A DNA stretch of 64,000 nucleotides from Cenarchaeum sp. (GCA_965206845.1 OZ242221.1:320001-384000), one strand, 5' to 3'. Counted from the first letter of the stretch, positions 1-10,571 are shown. Translations and numbers: made by a program. The notes: generated by a model not told the origin, from the sequence alone.

Positions 1-2083
1 TTCCCTCGTCCATGACCTGTTTTGTAAGGTCCATGTCGACGCCCCTGTCGTCCTCGTCGGCCCACTCGATCACATGAACCATGTATACCCTTACCCGAAC
101 CATGCCGCGGAAGAAGTAGTTGGCGTGGTAGAGCGCCTTGAGCGAGTTTGCAGAGCCGTCTACGGGGATCAGGATCTTCACGATCGCATAGTCAGGGCTG
201 TCCGAGGCCTGGCCGTACTGCCCCACTACGTCTGCGTCCATGGTCGCCCTGTGGAAGATGCCATAGATGCTGTGTCTGGCCTCGATCATTGGCAGCAGGA
301 TTATGACTCCCGCCGCGCCAAACGCCCACACAATGGCAAGTGACACCCAGAGGTGGAACGACTGCTCGTCAAAGACAAACTCGGAGAGGAAGAAGCTCGA
401 GGGCCACACAACGACAAGAAAGACGGTTATCGAGAACCCGACCCTCTTGCAGAAGCTCAGGGAGCGCTTTAGGAACTCCTCATCAGTGTCATGCTGCATC
501 ATGGAGCGGATCTTGTCATCCACGACTACGATCTTCTGCCGGATGATGTCAAAGTTAAAGTTCTCAGGTATTATCAGGCTCCCGACAAGCGTGATTCCAA
601 CGCTGACCAGGATGGATGTGATGTTGCCTATCAGCAGCGGGAGTATGTTTCCGGTCGAGGATAACGTAATCTCGCCAAACATCAGATTTGCGGTCAGGAA
701 CCAGCTCAGAACCCCCGATGCCAGTCCCACCAGGGCCGCGCCGGTGGCGGCGTGCCGGTTGGTCTTCTTCCACAGGAGAGCAAAGGAGATGGGAGCCACG
801 GCGGATCCCACCAGAATGCCCATCATCAGGTAGACGTACTGCAGGCTGACCCCGAACTGGAACAGTATGGATGCCAGCGCGCCCATCCCTACGCCAAAGA
901 CCAGGATTGTAATCCGGGAGATCCTGATGAGCTCCCTGCCCGAGGCAGACGGCTTGAAGTAGGTTCGAAAGACGTCATACGTCATCAGCGATGAGACGCT
1001 TATCAGCTGGGAGGATCCCGCCGCCACTACCGCGGTAAACACTATCGTCAGAATCAGGATTGCCCCCAGGTCCCCCATTATGTGCTCGGCGGCGGTGGGG
1101 GCCACAAGTCCAAGATCAATCTGATCATCTGACAGCGTAACCCCGGTGGCAATGGCGGCAAGGCCAAGCGTTGTTGCCAGGGTGAACGGGATGGCAAACC
1201 ACACCAGCCCCCCGATGATAAATCCCCTGGTTGCCGCCCGCGGCCGGGCCGCAATCGCCCGCTGCCAGTACGACTGGTCGACAAAGACTGTTCCAAAGTT
1301 TCCCACTATGTTGATGATGCCAAAGATTAGTGCCCCGACGGACACCAGGGTAAGGTAGGTTCCCTGCAGGTTGCCCTCCACCGGGCTGAGGGTCGAGGCC
1401 TGGACAAGCTTGTCGTACATTCCCGGGATTCCTCCGATGTCCGGGGTCACAAAGTAGATCACGACCACAAAGATCAGGACAACCACAAAGATGAACGACG
1501 TGTTGAGGTATTCGGCAAAGAACGTGGCCTTGAGCCCCCCAAACACGGTGTAAAAGATTATCCCCAGCGGGATCAGGAACGCGGCAATTGTGATGTCGAC
1601 GCCGGTAAGCGAGTTCACCACCGCGGCGCCGCCAAGGACCAGCATTGCAGTAACGATGGTGTTGGTCATCAGCCCAAAGCACAAAAAGACCTTGTGGGCA
1701 TGCTTGCCAAACCTCACATAGAGCATCTCTGGAAATGTGTGGGTCATCGGCGCCTTGCGCTTCAGCTCGACTGCGAGGATTGAGAACAGGATCACCTGTA
1801 TGCTTGCGCCTGCGGCATACCAGAACGAGCCCCCGATGCCAAACTCAAAGGTCACCGTGGATGACTGGAGCAGCGTGGCGGCCCACGTCCAGGCAGAGAC
1901 GATGGATGATGCGATCAGTCCCGTCTTGATGGTTCTGCCGGCGGTGTAGAACCACTCGGACGTCTTTCTTGTCCCAAGCCACTTGGTCTCTGCCTTTACC
2001 ATCAGGGTAACGGCCAGAGCCATTACCGCTCCAACGCCAATGAGCACTAGGTATCCTACGTTCTCAGACAGGATGCTGGACAT
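1..2083 (-). CDS. DUR3-type urea/sodium:solute symporter with C-terminal universal stress protein (USP) domain; runs off the window start
   Basis: Translated manually (absent from the ORF track): MSSILSENVGY...SEWFYTAGRTIKTGLIASSIVSAWTWAATLLQSS, the DUR3/SSS signature, with many TM helices; continues in frame into KILIPVDGSANSLKAL...VHVIEW, the USP N-terminal motif. Confidence 0.85.
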   Translation of the reverse strand, partial: MSSILSENVGYLVLIGVGAVMALAVTLMVKAETKWLGTRKTSEWFYTAGRTIKTGLIASSIVSAWTWAATLLQSSTVTFEFGIGGSFWYAAGASIQVILFSILAVELKRKAPMTHTFPEMLYVRFGKHAHKVFLCFGLMTNTIVTAMLVLGGAAVVNSLTGVDITIAAFLIPLGIIFYTVFGGLKATFFAEYLNTSFIFVVVLIFVVVIYFVTPDIGGIPGMYDKLVQASTLSPVEGNLQGTYLTLVSVGALIFGIINIVGNFGTVFVDQSYWQRAIAARPRAATRGFIIGGLVWFAIPFTLATTLGLAAIATGVTLSDDQIDLGLVAPTAAEHIMGDLGAILILTIVFTAVVAAGSSQLISVSSLMTYDVFRTYFKPSASGRELIRISRITILVFGVGMGALASILFQFGVSLQYVYLMMGILVGSAVAPISFALLWKKTNRHAATGAALVGLASGVLSWFLTANLMFGEITLSSTGNILPLLIGNITSILVSVGITLVGSLIIPENFNFDIIRQKIVVVDDKIRSMMQHDTDEEFLKRSLSFCKRVGFSITVFLVVVWPSSFFLSEFVFDEQSFHLWVSLAIVWAFGAAGVIILLPMIEARHSIYGIFHRATMDADVVGQYGQASDSPDYAIVKILIPVDGSANSLKALYHANYFFRGMVRVRVYMVHVIEWADEDDRGVDMDLTKQVMDEG

Positions 2084-2289
2084 GGGCTATGTAAGGAGGC
2101 GCCGCACAGTATTAAAATTGCGCACGGGGATCGGCGCCCAGCCCCATACAGGCACATACCGGCGCATCCGGACCGGCCCTTGCACCCGATCCGGTGCGGC
2201 AGGCGGCCGCGCGCAGGACGCGGCGGGCCCGGCGCTGCGCCAGTCAGGATCGCTGCCCACCTTTTAAGTGACCGTGCCGTAGGTGCGGC

Positions 2290-2493
2290 ATGCGGGCAGG
2301 CATCGCGGTGGCAGGCATCATTGCCATCATCTCTGGCGCCGTTTTTCACCTGCAGGGGCAGGGGGTTGTCGGGCCCCAGAGCTCGTTCATGTACGCCAGC
2401 CCGCAGTGGGCAGACTATGGGCTGTACATCGCCATAGCGGGGCTTGCCGCGGTGGCGGCATGGGCTACAGGGCATGTCGCATCCCGCAGGTAG
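2290..2493 (+). CDS. small two-TM membrane protein
   Basis: 67 aa with two hydrophobic helices around QGQGVVGPQSSFMY; TATA-like ttttaa upstream. Confidence 0.6.
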   Translation: MRAGIAVAGIIAIISGAVFHLQGQGVVGPQSSFMYASPQWADYGLYIAIAGLAAVAAWATGHVASRR

Positions 2494-2511
2494 CCTGCGC
2501 GGCGGCTCCCG

Positions 2512-3708
2512 CTAGAACCCGGCAAGTACCGGATCCCCTGGCTTGATTACCTCCCGGAGCAGCACGGTCGCAAATGATCCCCGGCCAAGAGTAAAGGCTG
2601 CCGCACTGCCGGATACCGCAAAGTCCTCGCACCGGATGACAGAGTCCCTGAACCCGCCCTCGCCACTGACCTCCTGCAGCTCCTTTATGAAAAAGTCCCG
2701 GTGTGAGATCTCCTCCTGCTGCAGTATGTCAGAGACGTAATAGTCGAACCTGGTTTTTTTATAGTACGAGTAGCCCACCATCGGCACCGCAAGCCGCTGG
2801 CCCAGGCCCGGCGCGAACTTGCCCAGGGAGCTGCTTCGGTCATAGCAGACATCTGACGGCTGCGCGGAGAAGAGATCCTCTCCGCAGTCAAACGCCGCGG
2901 ACACGGTCCGGTTGAACAGGTATGACTGGTAGGCCTGGACGTACATCCTGCGGATCTGGACGGGCACTGCCCTCAGCGAGGCTAGGGGGTCGCCGTGCCG
3001 AATCATCTCCGCCAGGACCGCCCGCTCGATATCCATGCGCGCAGGCATCCTCTGCAGCACGCGGGCATAGTTTGCGCTGTCCAGAAGATCCCGGCGTATT
3101 GCCGTGTTCTCCTCAGAGTCGTACGGGGAAGTGAATGCCAGGATGTGCTCCACAGCACCCGCAAAGTCCCTCTGCACGATCGCCTTCCCAACCAGGTGGG
3201 TAACGGCCCGCCGCGAGCCAAACCTCTGGTAGCCGTAAAAGTTGAGCACCCTGTCCGCCTCGGCAAAGTCACCCAGCCGCCCGTCGTGTCCGGAGACCCG
3301 GATGGTAAACCTGTTTCCGACCATGTCCTTTTTGGTCAGCGGTCTCTTTGTGTATCCTACCCTAGTAAGCGAGAACTTGTCTGACTCGAAGCTGACAACC
3401 GACCTGGATCTGTTCATTGCGCAGACGTATTGCCGGGTCTCTGCATGGGCGTCCTTGAGGCCCAGGGCCTTGAGCCTCAGTCCCTTCAGCCGAAGAATTC
3501 CACCCAGGGCATGGTTTGTGTCGATGCCCTTCTTCCTTAGAATGTAGACTGCGTAGCCGTCGTCCTCCTTTATCCGTGAGGAGGCAGCCGGAGAGATGAT
3601 CTCCTCCACCTCAAAGTCGTCGGGGCCGGTTCTTATCCTCCCGCCGCACCCGGCAAAGGACGTGCTGTATGTGCCTATCCCTATATCCCTGTCCAGATCA
3701 GGTATCAT
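2512..3708 (-). CDS. truD: tRNA pseudouridine(13) synthase
   Basis: DFEVEE, GLKD, GNRF, NFYGYQRFG, AYQSYLFN and FTLGRGSFAT motifs. Confidence 0.95.
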   Translation of the reverse strand: MIPDLDRDIGIGTYSTSFAGCGGRIRTGPDDFEVEEIISPAASSRIKEDDGYAVYILRKKGIDTNHALGGILRLKGLRLKALGLKDAHAETRQYVCAMNRSRSVVSFESDKFSLTRVGYTKRPLTKKDMVGNRFTIRVSGHDGRLGDFAEADRVLNFYGYQRFGSRRAVTHLVGKAIVQRDFAGAVEHILAFTSPYDSEENTAIRRDLLDSANYARVLQRMPARMDIERAVLAEMIRHGDPLASLRAVPVQIRRMYVQAYQSYLFNRTVSAAFDCGEDLFSAQPSDVCYDRSSSLGKFAPGLGQRLAVPMVGYSYYKKTRFDYYVSDILQQEEISHRDFFIKELQEVSGEGGFRDSVIRCEDFAVSGSAAAFTLGRGSFATVLLREVIKPGDPVLAGF

Positions 3709-3774
3709 GTGGTGCGCCTGCAGGGTCCGGGCTTTATTTCATGCCAGGCCGCAGCCCTGCGGACGGGGGCACAG

Positions 3775-4227
3775 CTACAGGTCTTTTGTAAACGACAGCG
3801 ATGACTGCTCAAATCCCAGATCCTCGTAGAAGCGGTGCGACGATATGCGGCTGTTTCCGGACTCGAGGCGAATCCTGTGGCATCCGTTCTCCCTTGCAAG
3901 CCTGACACAGGAGTCGATCAGCTCCCTGCCTACGCCCTGCCGCCTGCTCCCCCTGCAGACCACAAGCTCCGGCACGTACATCTCGGGGCTGGTCCGGTTA
4001 AGGCGCGGCAGAAGCATCACCGCAACCACGCCCGCAACCTCGGAGCCGTCGGCCGTCGCCACGAGTATGCCCTTGTCGTCGTCTGCGATGTATCCCTTTA
4101 TCATGTCCCCAAAGGCATCGGCGTCTGAGGCCGCACCTGGCCTTGGCCGCCCGAGCTCATACAAGAGCTCAAGTATGGCAGGAACGTCCCCCGCCGATGC
4201 CTCCCTTACAGATACCATGTCCACCAA
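3775..4227 (-). CDS. GNAT family N-acetyltransferase
   Basis: LVV..SRRQGVGRELI acetyl-CoA motif and SHRFYEDLGF. Confidence 0.9.
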   Translation of the reverse strand: MVDMVSVREASAGDVPAILELLYELGRPRPGAASDADAFGDMIKGYIADDDKGILVATADGSEVAGVVAVMLLPRLNRTSPEMYVPELVVCRGSRRQGVGRELIDSCVRLARENGCHRIRLESGNSRISSHRFYEDLGFEQSSLSFTKDL

Positions 4228-4264
4228 GATCCAGTACCCGGCAGTACCCCTACGGCAACCATGG

Positions 4265-5890
4265 TCACAGTACCTGGGGCGGAACGCTCAGCGTGAAGTA
4301 CTTGGATACCGCTATCTCGTCGTTCTGCGCTCCAACAAGCACCTTGTAGGTGCCGCCTGAGGCGTCGGCGCTAATGTTCGCGGTCACGATTACCGTGCCG
4401 TCAGAGCCCCGGACGTACTCCCCGTACGAGAGATCAAGCTCCCCGGCAGACGGGTTTCCCACGGACACCCGGATGTCCCCGGCATAGCCAGGGGCAGGCG
4501 CAATCTGCACCACAATCTCCACGCTCTCGCCGGATCTGGCCCTTACCGCATCGGACACGACATCCACCTGGAATGGCAGCGCCACCGAGGTGTCCACAAC
4601 GCCGATGTTGTTCTCGACCCACTCGGTGAACCATATCTTGTCCCCGCTGACGGTAAATCCGAACACCTGTGCCAGTCCGCAGTCCGGTATGTCCCCGCAG
4701 TCACCCCAGTGCGGGTTCTTTGACGGCACCAGGTACTCGACCAGGGACTCGTCTCGGGGATCAAACACCGCAATCCTGTTTCCCGTCTGCTCGTTGAATA
4801 CAAGCCTTCCCTGGTCGTCTAGCGCGGTCCAGTACGGCCGGGTTACCGTGGAGTGTATGAGTCCCGAGGCGTTGCCGTACGTGGATGGCGGCGGGATCGA
4901 CGTGACGTACCGGGTAAAGTCCTCAGAGCCGGGATCAAACCTGAAGAAGTAGCTGCTGGAGGTGTCTGCAATCCAGACCGCGTCGTTGCCATCCACCGTC
5001 AGGCCGTTGGGCGTGGTGAGTCCCGGCGGCAGCGGGTACAGCGTGATGGAGTCGGAGATGGCGGTAGCGTTTTGCGCAATGACGCTGCTGGCGCGATCCT
5101 GATCAAACTTGACCAGCACGCCGCTCTGCAGGTACACCCAGTTGGTGTACCAGAGGTTGTTGCTCGAGTCCACGTCAAACCCCCCGGTCAGCGAGTTTGG
5201 TACAGGGGACGGAAGGTCGCGATAGGCCACGTTGGATCTGCTGAGATCGCTGCTCAGAAACGTGATCTTGCTTCCCTGAAAGTCGTTCACTACAAGCTCG
5301 TCGCCCATCACCACCAGCCTCTGGGGCAGCGGACTCTCCGCATCCGACGGGTAGGGCACGCGCAGGTACTCCTGATCCACGGTAGAGAACCGCCAGACCG
5401 ACGAGTACGTCGCGTCGGTGTACCAGATGTTGCCGTTCCCGTCATAGTCCATTCCCCACATCATGGATCGCCCCCCCTCGGGCCAGAGCGTGTTGCTGTA
5501 CTCGATGAACCTCTCAGATACCGGGTTGAACTTTGCCACCCTGCCGGCGGCCGTCTGTGCAAACCAGACCTGTCCCGCATCGTCTGTGGCAATGGCCAGC
5601 GGCTGCGTGCACTTGGAGGGAATCCTGTACTCCTTTACGTACGTGCCGGACTGCGGCTCGCCGGTGCCGCAGAACTGTTCTGTCTGGGCACCGGTGGTGT
5701 CTGTCACGGAAGGATCCGCAGGATCCTGGGTATCCGGGCTCCCGCCTTGGGGCGCTATGCCCGGGATTGCAATCACCACCCCAGATGTAACCATTATGCC
5801 ACCCATAAACACAAAGAGGATAATTCCCTTGACCTGTCTTTTCACAAAATACAGGTAGCGGGCTCTGTTATATCTCATTGGGAGTCGCAT
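4265..5890 (-). CDS. membrane-anchored virginiamycin B lyase (Vgb)-like beta-propeller protein
   Basis: N-terminal TM followed by repeated P.AI..D..G.VWF blades; true start may lie downstream. Confidence 0.8.
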   Translation of the reverse strand: MRLPMRYNRARYLYFVKRQVKGIILFVFMGGIMVTSGVVIAIPGIAPQGGSPDTQDPADPSVTDTTGAQTEQFCGTGEPQSGTYVKEYRIPSKCTQPLAIATDDAGQVWFAQTAAGRVAKFNPVSERFIEYSNTLWPEGGRSMMWGMDYDGNGNIWYTDATYSSVWRFSTVDQEYLRVPYPSDAESPLPQRLVVMGDELVVNDFQGSKITFLSSDLSRSNVAYRDLPSPVPNSLTGGFDVDSSNNLWYTNWVYLQSGVLVKFDQDRASSVIAQNATAISDSITLYPLPPGLTTPNGLTVDGNDAVWIADTSSSYFFRFDPGSEDFTRYVTSIPPPSTYGNASGLIHSTVTRPYWTALDDQGRLVFNEQTGNRIAVFDPRDESLVEYLVPSKNPHWGDCGDIPDCGLAQVFGFTVSGDKIWFTEWVENNIGVVDTSVALPFQVDVVSDAVRARSGESVEIVVQIAPAPGYAGDIRVSVGNPSAGELDLSYGEYVRGSDGTVIVTANISADASGGTYKVLVGAQNDEIAVSKYFTLSVPPQVL

Positions 5891-5962
5891 GGACCCGTCC
5901 GGGAACGGCCGGGCAGGTCTTCACGCCTGGCCAGGCACGGCAGGCGGCGTATCGCCTCCCGC

Positions 5963-6310
5963 TCAGAGCAGCTTCAGATCCCCGGTAATCCTGTCGAGCT
6001 GCTCCTCCGGGGCAGGCCCTATGGAGACGCAGGTGACGGTGCCCGGCGTTATCTGGGTAAGGCCCGCATCGGTCACCTTGGACCAGGGCAGCCCCAGCTC
6101 CGCTGCGGCCCGAACGATATCCTCCAGCTCCCGGGGGCCGGGAACCCTTACCACCACCTTTGCCTGCCCGGACCACCACAGCGAGAACCACTGAGGATGG
6201 TGCTCCCTTGCGCGCTCCGCACCCAGAACGCAGGCATGGCCCACCTGGGCTGCGATCTTTCCCCTGCCCATCTTCAGATCGGTTCTCACCGCAATGACCT
6301 GCTTTATCAC
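5963..6310 (-). CDS. pth2: peptidyl-tRNA hydrolase Pth2
   Basis: KQVIAVRTDLKMGRGKIAAQVGHA, DAGLTQI, IGPAP; GTG start chosen. Confidence 0.95.
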   Translation of the reverse strand: MIKQVIAVRTDLKMGRGKIAAQVGHACVLGAERAREHHPQWFSLWWSGQAKVVVRVPGPRELEDIVRAAAELGLPWSKVTDAGLTQITPGTVTCVSIGPAPEEQLDRITGDLKLL

Positions 6311-6377
6311 ATGCACAATGGGGCGGACATCTTGAAAAACTTGTAAATTAAATAATTGAGCCAAAAGGGTACAAAAT

Positions 6378-7511
6378 ATGCACTACGATGTGGTTGTGGC
6401 AGGCGGATCCGTGGCCGGCCTCCTCTGCGCCCGGGAGGCCGCAAGGGGCGGCCACAGCGTGCTTGTCCTGGAAAAGGGCCACGAGGTCGGGAGTCCCGAG
6501 CACTGCGGCGGCTTGGTCAGCACGGGCGCCCTGGAGGAGCTGGGGGTGGTGCCCGGCCTCGGGGTGTTTGGCGGCATGATAGAACGGGCAGACATATTTG
6601 CCCCCGGCGGAGGACGGCTCACCATAAACCCGAAGGGGTGCCAGGTGGCAGAGATCAGCCGGCGGGAGCTGGACAAGCAGATCGCAGGCCAGGCACACGA
6701 CAGCGGGGCGGAGATCCGCGTGGGCAGCCACGTCCTGCAGGTTACCGGCGATGGGGTGCGCACCGCCGAGGGAGAGATCCGGGCCAGGGTCACCGTTGAC
6801 GCCCGGGGCGTCGCATCCCTCACGCACGGGGACAGGGCAGGCATCATCCCCTGCGCGCAGTACGAGGTGCATGCCCCCTGGATAGAGAGGAGGGTCGAGG
6901 TCCACCTGGATCAGGCAAGGTACCCTGGGTTCTTTGCGTGGGTGATCCCGTCGTCGTCCGGTACAGGGAAGGTCGGGGTCGCAGGACGGGCCATCAACGC
7001 CGCGGCCGCGCTAGACGAGTTTCTGAAGTCAAGGGGCAAGTTCTCCACGATACGGAGGATCTTTGCTCCCGTCTGGATCGGGGGGCCGCTGAAGAGGTTT
7101 GTCGCAGGCACCACGGTGACTGTGGGGGACGCCGCGGGGCAGGCCAAGCCCACCACAGCAGGAGGGATATACTCTTGCGGCATGGGTGGGATTCTGGCAG
7201 GGCAGGCCATATCAAAATTTCTGGACTCCGGGGATCATGAAGACCTGAAGCGGTACCAGACGGAGTGGCTGCGCAGGTTCGGCAGGGAGTTTGAGAGGCA
7301 GAGGAAGGCAAGAAGGCTGCTGGAGAGGCTGGACAACGACGCCATCGACAGGCTCTTTGACGGGATCACTCCGGAGGCGGTTCGGGAGATGTCGCAGAGG
7401 GATGACTTTGACTTTCACGCGGCATCCATCATCCGGCTGCTGGGCGCCCGGGGAGTCGTCAGTGCCGCCGGAGCGGTCATCGGATCGGAGATTCGCAAGG
7501 TGCGCGGCTAG
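6378..7511 (+). CDS. geranylgeranyl reductase family FAD-dependent oxidoreductase
   Basis: YDVVVAGGSVAG Rossmann motif, PEHCGG, VGDAAGQAKPTTAGGI. Confidence 0.88.
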   Translation: MHYDVVVAGGSVAGLLCAREAARGGHSVLVLEKGHEVGSPEHCGGLVSTGALEELGVVPGLGVFGGMIERADIFAPGGGRLTINPKGCQVAEISRRELDKQIAGQAHDSGAEIRVGSHVLQVTGDGVRTAEGEIRARVTVDARGVASLTHGDRAGIIPCAQYEVHAPWIERRVEVHLDQARYPGFFAWVIPSSSGTGKVGVAGRAINAAAALDEFLKSRGKFSTIRRIFAPVWIGGPLKRFVAGTTVTVGDAAGQAKPTTAGGIYSCGMGGILAGQAISKFLDSGDHEDLKRYQTEWLRRFGREFERQRKARRLLERLDNDAIDRLFDGITPEAVREMSQRDDFDFHAASIIRLLGARGVVSAAGAVIGSEIRKVRG

Positions 7512-7624
7512 GCGGCGCCCGTGCCGGCCGCCATGCCGCACACAGCCGTCCCCGTTCCGGTGCGCGCAGGCGGCATCGTGCACATCGGATAAGGTATAAA
7601 TGAACCGTGTACGTGCCTGACAAC

Positions 7625-7804
7625 ATGTCATTTACCATATCGCTTCCCATGTGCAGCTGCTGCAGGAGATACATAATGCCAAACGACAAATGCGTAAAGT
7701 TCGACTGCCCCAGCTGCGGCGGCAGCCTGATCTGGAGATGCCAAAGCTGCCGGGATGCGGCAAGAAACTACACATGTGGCAAGTGTGACTTTATGGGTCC
7801 TTAA
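7625..7804 (+). CDS. archaeal zinc-finger protein (DUF1610/HVO_2753-like)
   Basis: Four CxxC pairs including FDCPSCG, WRCQSCR and [11 protein letters not shown]; sits upstream of EF-1beta as is typical. Confidence 0.85.
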   Translation: MSFTISLPMCSCCRRYIMPNDKCVKFDCPSCGGSLIWRCQSCRDAARNYTCGKCDFMGP

Positions 7805-7806
7805 AG

Positions 7807-8088
7807 ATGGCACAGCTTCTCTTAATCGTAAAAATTTTGCCCGTAGGGGTGGAGATAGACCTAGAGCGGGTGACCGCAGACATCAAAGCCGCCCTCAAGG
7901 ATGGCATACAGATGAGACGGTACCAGAAGGAGCCGCTTGCATTCGGACTCGAGTACATCAAGGCCGAGTTCATACTATACGACAAGGAGGGACAGAGTGA
8001 CTCCTTGGAGGAAGCGATCAGATCTGTGTACGGCGTCAGTGAGCTCGAGGTCCTGAACATGAGCAGAATGTCCGTAGACATGAAATAG
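7807..8088 (+). CDS. ef1b: translation elongation factor 1-beta
   Basis: KILP, EPLAFGL, GVSELEV; 93 aa. Confidence 0.92.
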   Translation: MAQLLLIVKILPVGVEIDLERVTADIKAALKDGIQMRRYQKEPLAFGLEYIKAEFILYDKEGQSDSLEEAIRSVYGVSELEVLNMSRMSVDMK

Positions 8089-8098
8089 GTGCTGCAGA

Positions 8099-10270
8099 CT
8101 GGCACGAAGAGACGAGCCACTTCAAATGCGAGTCGGTGAGGCAAAGCAGCGCGACGTAGGCAAGAAGCGCGCAAGGATAGGGCCGCAGGCCATGGTTCGC
8201 CTCAAGGCAACACCGGGGGATGTGGTGGAGATCGTCGGCTCACGGGCCAGCTGTGCCGTGGTGTGGCCCGCAGACGAGGATGAAAAGTACCCGGAGATAA
8301 TCAGGATAGACGGCCAGACAAGAAAGAACACGGGCGTGGCCCTGGATGACACCGTAAGCGTGAAGAAGACGGTTGGCAAGGTAGCAAAGTCCGTTGCGCT
8401 GATGCCGGTAAACAGCTCGGTGGCCGTGGACAAGGAGTTCACCGATTTTGTGAAGAGCAGGCTCAAGGGCATGCCGCTCTCCCACGGGGACGAGATATCG
8501 GTCATGATCCTAGGAAACTCGATCGACTTCAAGGTAAGCAAGGTGCTTCCCCGGAGCGTGGTAAAGATAGACCGCTCCACGAGTCTGACCATACTTGCCG
8601 AGACCGTTGGGGACAGGAAGGCCAAGGTCACCTACGAGGAGGTGGGCGGACTCCAGAACGAGGTAAAGGCCATGAGAGAGATAGTGGAGCTTCCGTTGCG
8701 GCACCCGGAGCTCTTCAGCAGGCTAGGAGTCGAGTCGCACAGTGGGATACTGCTCTACGGGCCGCCCGGCTGCGGGAAGACGCTGATCGCCAAGGTCTTG
8801 GCCAGCGAGTCCGAGGCAAGCATGTACTCGATCAACGGACCGGAGATCATGAACAAGTACTACGGGGAGACCGAGGCAAGGATCCGTGACATATTCAAGA
8901 ACGCAAGGGACAACTCGCCCAGCATCATATTCATTGACGAGATAGACGCCATTGCGCCCAAGCGCGAGGAGGCCTACGGTGATGTGGAGAAGCGAGTGGT
9001 GGCGCAGATCCTGGCCCTGATGGACGGACTGACGGAGCGTGGAAACGTTATAGTCCTGGGCGCCACCAACAGGCCCGACAGCGTCGATCCCGCCTTGAGG
9101 AGGCCCGGCCGGTTCGACCTGGAGGTGGAGATACAGGTGCCAAACACCGAGGGTAGGATCGAGATCCTCCACATACACACGAGGGGAATGCCCATTGCAG
9201 ACAACGTGAACCTGGAGGAGCTGGCATCAGAGCTCCACGGGTACACCGGCGCCGACATCAGATCCCTGTGCAGGGAAGCTGCCATGAAGGCGATCAGGAG
9301 GTACCTGCCGGAGATCGACCTGGAGACCGAGAGGATACCCTCAGAGACGCTGCAGTCCATGGAGATCAAGCTCGAGGACTTTTACAACGGGATGCACGAG
9401 GTCGTCCCCACGGCCATGCGGGAGTTTTACGTAGAGAGACCCAAGGTGTGGTGGAGTGACGTAGGCGGCCTGAACGATATCAAGCTGGAGCTGAGCGACA
9501 ACCTGATCGTCGCAATGCGCAATCCGGAAAAGTTTCACAGTATCGGCATCAAGCCGCCCAAGGGAGCCCTGATCTACGGGCCCCCCGGATGCGGAAAGAC
9601 GCTTCTTGCCAGGGCCATGGCGACCGAGAGCGGCGCCAACATGATTCTGGTACGGGGGCCGGAGATACTCTCAAAGTGGATGGGGGAGGCCGAGAAGGCG
9701 ATAAGGGAGATATTCCGCAAGGCAAAGGCGTCGTCGCCGTGCGTGGTAATCTTTGACGAGATGGACTCGCTGGCGCGCTTCAAGACTGATGAGGGGGGCA
9801 GCATGCGCGAGACCATCCTAAGCCAGCTGCTCACGGAGATCGAGGAGGGCGTCTCGTCCCGGGTGGTGGTGATCGGGATCACAAACAGGCCGGATCTGCT
9901 GGACAACTCGCTTCTGCGCACCGGCAGGCTGGACCTGAGGCTGTATGTGCCGCCGCCCGACGAGAAGGGAAGGCTGGAGATCATAAAGATACTGACAAGC
10001 AAGATGCCGCTGGCATCTGACGTAAAGCTGCAGGAGATTGCGGTAACGACCCAGCACTACACCGGCTCTGACCTGGCCGCCCTGTGCCGGGAGGCTGCAA
10101 TAGACGCCATGCGGTGCGGCACGGACAAGATCGCAGGCGCGAGCTTTGCCAGGTCCATCAAAAAGATCAGGCCCACCGTGACCAAGGAGATGAACCAGTG
10201 GTACAGCTCCGTGGGCGAGATGATGTCCAACGTGGTGCCACAACATATAGAGAGGCCGTACTACAGGTAG
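8099..10270 (+). CDS. cdc48: CDC48/VCP family AAA ATPase
   Basis: Two AAA modules (GPPGCGKT twice; DEID and DEMD; RRPGRFD); start is either CTG 8099 or ATG 8126. Confidence 0.95.
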   Translation: MARRDEPLQMRVGEAKQRDVGKKRARIGPQAMVRLKATPGDVVEIVGSRASCAVVWPADEDEKYPEIIRIDGQTRKNTGVALDDTVSVKKTVGKVAKSVALMPVNSSVAVDKEFTDFVKSRLKGMPLSHGDEISVMILGNSIDFKVSKVLPRSVVKIDRSTSLTILAETVGDRKAKVTYEEVGGLQNEVKAMREIVELPLRHPELFSRLGVESHSGILLYGPPGCGKTLIAKVLASESEASMYSINGPEIMNKYYGETEARIRDIFKNARDNSPSIIFIDEIDAIAPKREEAYGDVEKRVVAQILALMDGLTERGNVIVLGATNRPDSVDPALRRPGRFDLEVEIQVPNTEGRIEILHIHTRGMPIADNVNLEELASELHGYTGADIRSLCREAAMKAIRRYLPEIDLETERIPSETLQSMEIKLEDFYNGMHEVVPTAMREFYVERPKVWWSDVGGLNDIKLELSDNLIVAMRNPEKFHSIGIKPPKGALIYGPPGCGKTLLARAMATESGANMILVRGPEILSKWMGEAEKAIREIFRKAKASSPCVVIFDEMDSLARFKTDEGGSMRETILSQLLTEIEEGVSSRVVVIGITNRPDLLDNSLLRTGRLDLRLYVPPPDEKGRLEIIKILTSKMPLASDVKLQEIAVTTQHYTGSDLAALCREAAIDAMRCGTDKIAGASFARSIKKIRPTVTKEMNQWYSSVGEMMSNVVPQHIERPYYR

Positions 10271-10274
10271 CAAC

Positions 10275-10571
10275 ATGACCATACCGGTAAAGAACATCAT
10301 ATTTGACAAGATACACGATGCAGGCTCACTGACAGACAGCGAGCTCCTCAAGGCGCTTGCCAAGGACGATCGGGCGATTGCAGAGGACCGGTTCAACAAG
10401 CTGCTGCTGGATCTTGAGATAATGGGCCTCATCAAGGTATCATGGCTCTCAAAGGACGCCAGAAGGATAGAGGTCGTAGAGGAGAAGGTCGACGAGGACG
10501 AGGTGGATGCCAGCAACAGAAGGATGGAAGAGAGGGACTACGAGGCCAGCTTCCCCGGAGCCGGGCAGTAG
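10275..10571 (+). CDS. conserved hypothetical protein (winged-helix-like, acidic tail)
   Basis: 98 aa immediately downstream of cdc48; LLLDLEIMGLIKV. Confidence 0.7.
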   Translation: MTIPVKNIIFDKIHDAGSLTDSELLKALAKDDRAIAEDRFNKLLLDLEIMGLIKVSWLSKDARRIEVVEEKVDEDEVDASNRRMEERDYEASFPGAGQ

